This document shows, in pieces, positions 1 through 6,420 of a stretch of DNA of 14,674 nucleotides. Origin of the DNA: an uncultured archaeon (GTDB lineage Archaea > Iainarchaeota > Iainarchaeia > Iainarchaeales > CSSED10-239). The notes below the pieces were generated by a model. It was not told the origin of the DNA, made no database searches, and saw only the letters and a list, made by a program, of their open reading frames with translations. The position numbers were made by a program, and so were the translations under genes. The stretch lies in contig CAZPGO010000007.1 in the NCBI GenBank assembly GCA_964586355.1, positions 1 through 14,674 on the forward strand. Reading direction: 5' to 3'. Numbering within the stretch: the stretch's first letter is position 1; each line of letters opens with the position of its first letter.

Positions 1-33
1 TTCCGTATAAGAGCTATTAAGCCGACCAAATGA
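1..33 (+). CDS. 3' end of an unidentified CDS entering from upstream (..FRIRAIKPTK*)
   Basis: Frame 1 is open from base 1 to TGA at 31-33. Only 10 codons are visible, so no family can be assigned. A hairpin and T-tract follow directly. Confidence 0.25.
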   Translation, partial: FRIRAIKPTK

Positions 34-66
34 GCGAGAAATTGCTCACTTTTTTCTCTTTTTCTT
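31..66 (+). terminator. Short hairpin plus oligo-T tract, a possible transcription end
   Basis: TGAGC (31-35) pairs with GCTCA (44-48) around an 8-nt loop. T6 (50-55) and more T-rich sequence follow. Archaeal termination typically uses oligo-T tracts. Confidence 0.35.
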
Positions 67-528
67 GTTTTTTGATGATTTTTGTGTGTGCTGGTGTAGA
101 TCTTTTTGCAGAAAACAAATAAGTTCCTTAGATTTTTCTAATTTTTGATAAATTTTAAGAATTTTCTTTGTTTTTGAAAGATTTTTTTGTTTATTTGATT
201 TTTGGATAGTTGTTTGGGTGAATTGATCTAGGGTAGATGAGATCTTTTGTTTGTGTTGTTTTTATGTATAACAAAAATACTGATCTATAGACTAGTTATG
301 TAGAAGTCGAGCTTAGAAGAAAATATTTTTTTGATAATCTAAACAGTTTTCTTTATTTTTGTTTTTAATCTGTAAAAATATTTTTTTTAATAGTTTTATT
401 TTTTAAATTCTGTTATTTGTATACATAACACCTTAGTTTATTCTTTAATCTCTTTAGAAAAATTCGAAACTATATAAAAAGTATTGTTTTCTAATATTTA
501 TAGATGTAATAAAAAAAATTGAGAAAAA

Positions 529-1271
529 ATGATCTTAACAGAAAACACTATTGTTCAACAAATATCAGAAAATATTTCTTCTTTGAAATTACCTACTGAT
601 ATGAAAATCTTTTTTGTTGACAAATATGTTTTTCCTGATGGTTTTGAAATTACTGCAAGCTCTAGAGAAAAAAATATCTGTTCTTTCACATAATGGAGAA
701 GGTGTTGGTATATTTCAATTTTCTGCTAAAAAGGTTATTATTTCGGGATTAAAGAGTAATTATGCTAATGAACCCATAACAAGAACACTAGATTTTGTTC
801 AAGGGATTAAAAAATTAACAGCTGGTGCTCCATTTCTTAAGGGGTGGCAAGAAATAATAGTTAATTCATTTATTTTATCTATATACTACTCTTCCGGTTT
901 TAAAAAAAAACCGAAGAACAAAAGTAAGATATGGCGAATTTATTCCTTTTAAGTTTGGGGAAGATCGAAATGTTGAAAGAAAAAGAATCTTAGAAGATTT
1001 AGTCAAAGAATTTGATAAAATAAAAAGTATTAGTCCAAGAAACCCTAGGCTATTTGTGTTAAAGAATCAAATTTTAATTCTTGAAAATAAAATAAGGTTT
1101 GTTAATTCTATAAGGGATAGATATTTTGATAAAAAGGGCTATCTTAATCCAAATAAAGAAAGAGTTAAACAAATTTTTAAAATATATTCTCAAACTAAAG
1201 AACCAAAACATTTTATTTATAAGAAACCAAAAACAGCAAAAAAAAATTTAGTGCCTAAAAGAAGAAAATGA
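529..1271 (+). pseudogene. Unknown-function gene interrupted by two +1 frameshifts at poly-A runs; either a pseudogene or homopolymer sequencing errors
   Basis: ATG is at 529, and frame 1 is open to TAA at 691-693. Frame 2 continues to 952 (this is the 614..952 track ORF). Frame 3 is open from 861 to TGA at 1269-1271 and contains the 1056..1271 track ORF. The frame switches coincide with an A7 run (668-674) and an A9 run (902-910). Removing one A at each gives a single ORF of about 245 codons with normal, non-low-complexity sequence. I recognise no family. Confidence 0.45.
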
Positions 1272-1480
1272 TTTCGTAAAAAATACAAGAAGCATCATCA
1301 ATTTTTTCTAGAAATTTTTAGGTTTGTTTTTTTATTAAAATATCCTTAGGGTAATTCCTGTATGTATAGTGTGTTTAGAATCTATTTTTAATTTTATTTG
1401 GTTTGGAATTTAAATCTGATATATCTATTATTTAATGTCCAATTTTTTGTGATTTTTATTTGTTTGCTTTTATAATCCAT
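1272..1480 (-). pseudogene. Decayed 3' fragment of a nitroreductase-family gene, paralogous to 3294..3836
   Basis: The nucleotide sequence is colinear with 3290 to about 3500 at an offset of about 2019-2020 nt. Shared cores are tagggtaattcctg (1347-1360 and 3366-3379) and gtgtttagaatc (1371-1382 and 3390-3401). The reverse translation reads DSKHTIHTGITLRIF* against DSKHAIVAGITLGYSNEK.. in the intact gene, so it is stop-disrupted. Similarity fades beyond about 1480, and that end coordinate is approximate. Confidence 0.55.
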
Positions 1481-1734
1481 TTATTTAAAGAGCTAATTTT
1501 TTTAATATTTTTTTCTATTATTTTAGGATTTTTCTCTAAAACTTTATATCTGTGTTTTTTATTTAATGAATATATACGAGCTCTATAAACTAGAGATCTA
1601 TTCTTTCTTTTTCGATATATTTTTATTTCTTTTTATTTTAGATTACTTTATTAAAAAAACAAATTAAAAACCTTTATTTATAGTTTAAAAGATAAACTAC
1701 GAAGAAATTAGTTTTAAATAAGAAGTGATATTAA

Positions 1735-3288
1735 ATGCCACCCTTTAAAGGTCCAAAAAAAAGACAAGCAGAAAGAAAATCAGTTTCTCCAATTTTTGAA
1801 AAAAGCAATAATAAGAAAGCTCCTAAAAATAAACAAAAAAAGAGTTACGAGGAAAGATTTGCTGAAAAAATAGGTGACAGAGGTAAAAAAAGATTAAATA
1901 GTTTGATTAAAGAATGGTTACAAAAATATGACATAGATGTTTTATCTTATACTAAAGATTACTCAAAAATTAATGAAATTAGAAAATTATTAAAAACAAA
2001 TGATAAATATTTCACAGAGATAGGAAAAACACCCCAAAGATATTCCATAGAAAATGAATTAAAGGGGCTTATAAAACATTATTCTCATTATGGAATTGTT
2101 AAAAGTATTTTGAAATTTAATCTAGATATTCATACTTTAATGGAAACCAGAAAAATAATTGAAGAATTTGAATCTGATTTACTTAATAGTAATATCCCAA
2201 AAAAGGATATCTCTAGATTTTATGCTAAAAAAATTTCTTTTTTAGCTTTAGGTGTTTCAGAGGTTTTATATAGTAGACCTAATATAACTCAATTGCAAGA
2301 AATTAGAAAATTACTTAAAAATGTTGATGTTAAATATAAGGAATATTTTTTGAGTGTGTGTGTTGCTAAAACACTAAGTTTTTATCGAGATATTAGTCCT
2401 GAGAAATTAAGATTATATTCTACAGAGATATTAAATGCATCAAAAAAAACAGGTTGTTTTTATGACATTTCTATTGACATTGAAAAAGATGTTAGATATA
2501 CTATGCAACAACAGCCTTCAATGATATTATATGCTTTTGAAATTTATTATGATTTTCCAAAATTTTGTTTTTTCAGATTTCCTAAATTTAAATTGTTTTA
2601 TTCTGGTTTAAATATTCTATTAAAATCGAGACCAAATTTAGAAAAACTAAAAATATATTTAAATGAATTAAAAATAATGGAAGAAAGATACTTAAAAGAA
2701 GGAGATGTAGATTTTGAGGAAAGAAATAAGCAAAACTTTGTAGAGCACTTAAAAAAATTAACCCCTTTTTTTAGAAGGGCTGATATTTATAAAAAAGAGG
2801 TCTATCAAAGATATGAAAATTTAGAATCTATATTTAACAAAATAACCCCAGTATCTTTTGATCTAACATTTGGAGAATTTTTAGGAATAAAACAACTTTC
2901 TAATTTAAAAAAAATCGGTGTTATAAGACGTAATAGGGAAACAATAAAATATAAACTAAATTGTAAAGAAGATAAAGATGTTAGCGCAGATAATTTTGGA
3001 TTTAATCTGTCTAATCAATCAATGTTTTTAGAGGCTGGTCCAAGTGTTGGCATGTTATTTAGGCCTTCTGAGGTTTTTATAAAAGTTTGGGATGGTGTGC
3101 CAAATGAATTTAAACCAATTATTTTTTTTCATGAATTAAAAGAATATTTAAATTCTGGAAATCACAAAATAGCAAGAAACTTTGAAATTGCTTATGCCAG
3201 TAAATTTTTATCTCCTCAAAAATTTAAAGAATATATTTTGTTTTGTCAAAAAAATAATGCTTTTAGAAATGATCATCAAATAAAATAA
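1735..3288 (+). CDS. Hypothetical protein, 517 aa, with a Lys-rich basic N-terminus and three internal repeats
   Basis: This is a long ORF with ordinary coding composition and an SD-like aagtgat a few nt upstream of the ATG. The repeat motifs are SKINEIRKLLKTNDKY, SRPNITQLQEIRKLLKNVDVKY and SRPNLEKLKIYLNELKIMEERY, spaced about 108-118 aa apart. The first two are visible at DNA level: gaaattagaaaatta(t/c)ttaaaaa at 1975-1996 and 2299-2321. I recognise no family. Confidence 0.8.
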   Translation: MPPFKGPKKRQAERKSVSPIFEKSNNKKAPKNKQKKSYEERFAEKIGDRGKKRLNSLIKEWLQKYDIDVLSYTKDYSKINEIRKLLKTNDKYFTEIGKTPQRYSIENELKGLIKHYSHYGIVKSILKFNLDIHTLMETRKIIEEFESDLLNSNIPKKDISRFYAKKISFLALGVSEVLYSRPNITQLQEIRKLLKNVDVKYKEYFLSVCVAKTLSFYRDISPEKLRLYSTEILNASKKTGCFYDISIDIEKDVRYTMQQQPSMILYAFEIYYDFPKFCFFRFPKFKLFYSGLNILLKSRPNLEKLKIYLNELKIMEERYLKEGDVDFEERNKQNFVEHLKKLTPFFRRADIYKKEVYQRYENLESIFNKITPVSFDLTFGEFLGIKQLSNLKKIGVIRRNRETIKYKLNCKEDKDVSADNFGFNLSNQSMFLEAGPSVGMLFRPSEVFIKVWDGVPNEFKPIIFFHELKEYLNSGNHKIARNFEIAYASKFLSPQKFKEYILFCQKNNAFRNDHQIK

Positions 3289-3293
3289 AGATT

Positions 3294-3836
3294 TTATAAA
3301 AAAGAAGAAACATCTTCAATTTTTTTTCTAGATGTTTTTATACTTATTTTTTCATTAGAATACCCTAGGGTAATTCCTGCAACTATTGCGTGTTTAGAAT
3401 CAATTTTAATTTTTCCTTTAAACTTAGATCTATAATTTTCAAAATGCCCGATCCAACAAGAAGAGATCCCTTTATTTTGTGCTGATAGTAAAATGTTTTC
3501 AATAGATGCTCCAATACTTAATAGATAGCTATTTTTCTGATCATTACTTTCAAGATCTTTTTTATTAATACAAATAAAAATTATTGCTTGTGTATTTCCT
3601 AGGTTATAATAAAAATGATTTTTGTCTATAATTTTTTTTTTATCTCTTATTGTTTTTTTGATGTAATCAAGTTGATCTTTTTTATTAATAATATAAAAAA
3701 ACCATGGTTGAACGTTGTTGTTAGAAGGAGCTTTTGTTCCATCTGTTATTAATTGTTTAAGAACACTCAACCTGATTTTTTTGTTTTTAAAAGATCTTGT
3801 GCTTTTTCGATCATCTATTATTTTTTTAAATTCCAT
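3294..3836 (-). CDS. Nitroreductase-family (FMN-dependent) oxidoreductase, 180 aa
   Basis: The N-terminal DDRKSTRSF (RxSxRxF-type) and APSNNNVQPW motifs are characteristic of the nitroreductase fold. The size is typical for the family. Confidence 0.85.
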   Translation of the reverse strand: MEFKKIIDDRKSTRSFKNKKIRLSVLKQLITDGTKAPSNNNVQPWFFYIINKKDQLDYIKKTIRDKKKIIDKNHFYYNLGNTQAIIFICINKKDLESNDQKNSYLLSIGASIENILLSAQNKGISSCWIGHFENYRSKFKGKIKIDSKHAIVAGITLGYSNEKISIKTSRKKIEDVSSFL

Positions 3837-3876
3837 ATTTATTTCTGTCCAAGTATTTGTGCAAATAAGGTCTTGT

Positions 3877-4356
3877 TTAATAATGTTGATAATCTGAAAT
3901 TGTACAATTGTTACATGAATTATTATAGCAAGAGCCTCTTATTATGGTAAATCCAACCATTTTCAGATTAGTTGCATAGCAATTCTGTTCTGTATTATTA
4001 TGTCTACAATGACCACAGATATAGGTGTATGTTTCAATAATGCTTTTTTCATCTGTGTTTGGATGTTCGTCTTTTAATTTGTCGAAAGCTTTTTCTATAG
4101 ATAGTGTTATGCTTTCTAAATCTTCTTTTTTAAATTTATCTGGATTTGTTTTATATTCATAATAAATATCTGTGTTTTCATTATAAATTAGTTTATTATT
4201 TTCATCATATAGATCACTATAAGATTTCTGATTTTTAAATAAAATATTTTTTGCATTTCCTATTGTTGTTGGGGAAATTAAAAAACCACCAATTATTGTA
4301 CCAATCACAAAAGCTATAATAACCCAAATGATTAATTTTTTATTTTCATTTTTCAT
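3877..4356 (-). CDS. Exported or membrane-anchored cysteine-rich protein, 159 aa, sharing its leader with 4410..4685
   Basis: The N-terminus MKNENKKLIIWVIIAFVIGTIIGGFLISPTTIGNA has a basic n-region, a 20-aa hydrophobic core and a GNA signal-peptidase-like site. The C-terminal 50 aa contain 6 Cys (CGHC..C..C..C..C). An SD-like gagagg/aggaaa lies upstream. Confidence 0.75.
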   Translation of the reverse strand: MKNENKKLIIWVIIAFVIGTIIGGFLISPTTIGNAKNILFKNQKSYSDLYDENNKLIYNENTDIYYEYKTNPDKFKKEDLESITLSIEKAFDKLKDEHPNTDEKSIIETYTYICGHCRHNNTEQNCYATNLKMVGFTIIRGSCYNNSCNNCTISDYQHY

Positions 4357-4368
4357 TTTTTTCCTCTC
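4251..4368. repeat. 118-bp leader cassette, copy 1 (RBS plus codons 1-35 of the 159-aa gene)
   Basis: It matches 4580-4697 with 3 mismatches in 118 nt by my base-by-base comparison. Identity stops exactly after codon 35 (Ala of GNA). Confidence 0.9.
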
Positions 4369-4409
4369 TGTTCACATTCAATAATTTGTGAGGTTAATTT
4401 TTATTTTAA

Positions 4410-4685
4410 TTAAGTCCATATAGCTCCTGACCATACCCCGTCACGACAACAAGCACAACCTAAATTTGGTGTTTCTGTACAAAATTCATGATCGGGACAA
4501 TAACAGTGTCCATTTGTAGAGTGCTCTGATTGAATAGTAATTTCTATTGGTTTATTGTTTTTTCTAGAAAATATTGTGTTTGCATTTCCTATTGTTGTTG
4601 GGGAAATTAAAAAACCACCAATTATTGTTCCAATCACAAGAGCTATAACAACCCAAATGATTAATTTTTTATTTTCATTTTTCAT
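4410..4685 (-). CDS. Exported or membrane-anchored cysteine-rich small protein, 91 aa, sharing its leader with 3877..4356
   Basis: The 35-aa leader is the same as in the neighbour, with 2 aa differences. The mature part would be 56 aa with 6 Cys (GHCYC..C..CACC). It has the same upstream SD-like sequence. Confidence 0.75.
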   Translation of the reverse strand: MKNENKKLIIWVVIALVIGTIIGGFLISPTTIGNANTIFSRKNNKPIEITIQSEHSTNGHCYCPDHEFCTETPNLGCACCRDGVWSGAIWT

Positions 4686-4697
4686 TTTTTTCCTCTC
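4580..4697. repeat. 118-bp leader cassette, copy 2 (RBS plus codons 1-35 of the 91-aa gene)
   Basis: It matches 4251-4368 with 3 mismatches in 118 nt. The flanking sequence on the mature-protein side is unrelated. Confidence 0.9.
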
Positions 4698-4777
4698 CGT
4701 TTTTTAATTTTTATAAAAAATATGTGTTAAAATAATTTATGTGTGTTATGTTTTAAATTTTTGTTCAGTATTTTATG

Positions 4778-6016
4778 TTATTTCCTTTTTGTTTTTTTAT
4801 TATGTGTTATTTGTTTATTTCTTTTTTCAATTATAAAAAAATATATTGTGGTTGTGATATTTGTAATTAAAATAACCAATAATGCAACCCCAATAATTTT
4901 TTCAGTAAAAACATTATTTATTCCTACACTGCTTGGATATGTTGCTAATACTGCTGCTGCAAGACCTCTAGTGTGCATTGAAACCATTAGATCTTTATCT
5001 TTTTTTTCTATGTTTCTAAAAAACAACATTTTAGTAATTAATATTCTTATTACAATTATTAATGACACAATTGCTAGAGTAATTAAAATGACATTTAAAT
5101 TAATATAACTAAAATCAATAATAACACCTAAATATATAAAAAAAAAGGTTTTTATAACAAGAGAGATCTCTGTTTGAAAATGGTGTATTGTTTTATCTAG
5201 TGTAAAATCTTTCATTTTAAATGTTTTAAAAATATCAGAAGCATTACCTAAAACCAAACCAAAAATAAGAACACAAAATGCTCCGTTACCCCCAAGGTAT
5301 TCTGTTGCTGCATATAATAAAAATAAAAAGGACAGTGTTAAAAAATAGCTAAATCCTTTAACCTCAAGAGAATCTCTTAAAATTCTAGACCAAATAATTC
5401 CTCCAATCAATCCAATTACTGCAGCTAATGCAAATGCTGAAAAGACGCCTTGAATTATTAGTTTCGTATTTGCTGTTTGTGAGATAATAATACCGACAAT
5501 TGTAACTGTTGAAATAACACCTAAAACATCAGTAATTGCTGATTCTAAACTCATTATTGTTTTTGTTTTGTCATTTGCACTTGATTTAGTGATTAATGGT
5601 ATTATTATTTCTGAGCTGGTTCCACCAATAATAACACCTAATAATATACCATATATTAATTCAAAACCAAATATAAAATGTAATATTAAGGCCGATAATG
5701 TTGCGGTTAATAAAAATATTAGTATAGTAAATAAAAAAGCATTTTTTATCTCTGTTATTACTTTGTAAAAATTAAGATACAAACCACCATCAAAAATTAA
5801 AACAATTAAAGCAACTGCTGCGAAAATGGCTGTGTAGTTTCTTAAACTATGTATTATAGATTCTGGAATAACATTAAATATTGGTCCTATTAACAGACCA
5901 ATTAAAATTAAAATTAAAATATCTGAGACTTTTGTTTTTTTAAAAAATAGATTTCCTAAAAAACCTAAAAGAAATATTCCTGATATAAATACTAAAAATA
6001 TTAATGGATTTATCAT
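4778..6016 (-). CDS. Monovalent cation:proton antiporter (CPA family, NhaP/NHE-like Na+/H+ exchanger), 412 aa
   Basis: The protein is polytopic (about 11-13 hydrophobic helices) with a typical Na_H_exchanger N-terminus (..FLGNLFFKKTKVSDILILILIGLLIGP..) and an FDGGL motif. LESAITDVLGV resembles the ES..ND.. signature of CPA1 exchangers. There is no C-terminal regulatory domain. Confidence 0.85.
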   Translation of the reverse strand: MINPLIFLVFISGIFLLGFLGNLFFKKTKVSDILILILIGLLIGPIFNVIPESIIHSLRNYTAIFAAVALIVLIFDGGLYLNFYKVITEIKNAFLFTILIFLLTATLSALILHFIFGFELIYGILLGVIIGGTSSEIIIPLITKSSANDKTKTIMSLESAITDVLGVISTVTIVGIIISQTANTKLIIQGVFSAFALAAVIGLIGGIIWSRILRDSLEVKGFSYFLTLSFLFLLYAATEYLGGNGAFCVLIFGLVLGNASDIFKTFKMKDFTLDKTIHHFQTEISLVIKTFFFIYLGVIIDFSYINLNVILITLAIVSLIIVIRILITKMLFFRNIEKKDKDLMVSMHTRGLAAAVLATYPSSVGINNVFTEKIIGVALLVILITNITTTIYFFIIEKRNKQITHNKKTKRK

Positions 6017-6131
6017 TTTTTATCATCTGCATATATTATTAATAATTATTTTTTATTGCAAAATGTTTATAAAATGCTATTTACGTAAAAATTTTTAATT
6101 TTCAGAGTGTTTTTTGGTCCAACTTTTTGTG

Positions 6132-6290
6132 TTATTTGTTTTTATTAAAATAACCCATTTCTGTAAGTTTGATTAATACTAGTTGTTTAACAACATCTGC
6201 TCTTGAACAACCAATTTTGTCTACAAGCCCATCTATTATTTTTATTTGATCTTTTGAAAAATACGGGCTAATTCTTGCATCTGATGACAT
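6132..6290 (-). CDS. Ribbon-helix-helix (CopG/Arc/MetJ-like) DNA-binding protein, 52 aa; not in the supplied ORF track
   Basis: My reverse-strand translation is MSSDARISPYFSKDQIKIIDGLVDKIGCSRADVVKQLVLIKLTEMGYFNKNK*. It shows a beta-strand (ISPYFS), helix (KDQIKIIDGLVDKIG) and helix (SRADVVKQLVLIKL) pattern typical of RHH. The gene is divergent from the SAM synthetase gene. Confidence 0.6.
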   Translation of the reverse strand: MSSDARISPYFSKDQIKIIDGLVDKIGCSRADVVKQLVLIKLTEMGYFNKNK

Positions 6291-6314
6291 TTTTTATTCA
6301 CCTTTTATTTTTTG

Positions 6315-6398
6315 GTTACTATTATAGTGTGTTTATAGTAACTAATGAGTGATAGCATTTATAAATATTTCCTTGCACTAATTAGTTACTAATGAGTG
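6315..6398. promoter_or_regulatory. Divergent promoter region with operator-like repeats flanking a TATA-like box
   Basis: The inverted repeat is GTTACTAT (6315-6322) with ATAGTAAC (6335-6342). The 14-nt direct repeat is GTAACTAATGAGTG (6338-6351) and GTTACTAATGAGTG (6385-6398), with 1 mismatch. The two direct-repeat copies bracket TTTATAAATA (6358-6367). An SD-like GGAG at 6412-6415 precedes the ATG at 6421. Confidence 0.45.
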
Positions 6399-6420
6399 TT
6401 AAAATAAAAACGGAGATATT

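Noticed and set aside
614-1271. Track ORFs 614..952 and 1056..1271 treated as two independent small genes
   Set aside because: They sit in adjacent frames that overlap only at poly-A runs, and an ATG-initiated frame-1 segment (529-693) precedes them. A single frameshifted gene explains all three pieces better.
3130-3144. HELKE in the 517-aa protein as a possible HExxH zinc-metalloprotease motif
   Set aside because: The fifth residue is Glu, not His, so it is not HExxH. There is no supporting third ligand or context that I can recognise.
3715-3950. Plus-strand ORFs 3715..3897 and 3753..3950
   Set aside because: They are antisense to, and overlap, the well-supported nitroreductase and Cys-rich genes. 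Their F/L/I-rich composition is typical of shadow ORFs in AT-rich DNA.
4743-5768. Plus-strand ORFs 4743..5108 and 5568..5768
   Set aside because: They lie entirely antisense within the antiporter gene and are hydrophobic mirror-frame artefacts.
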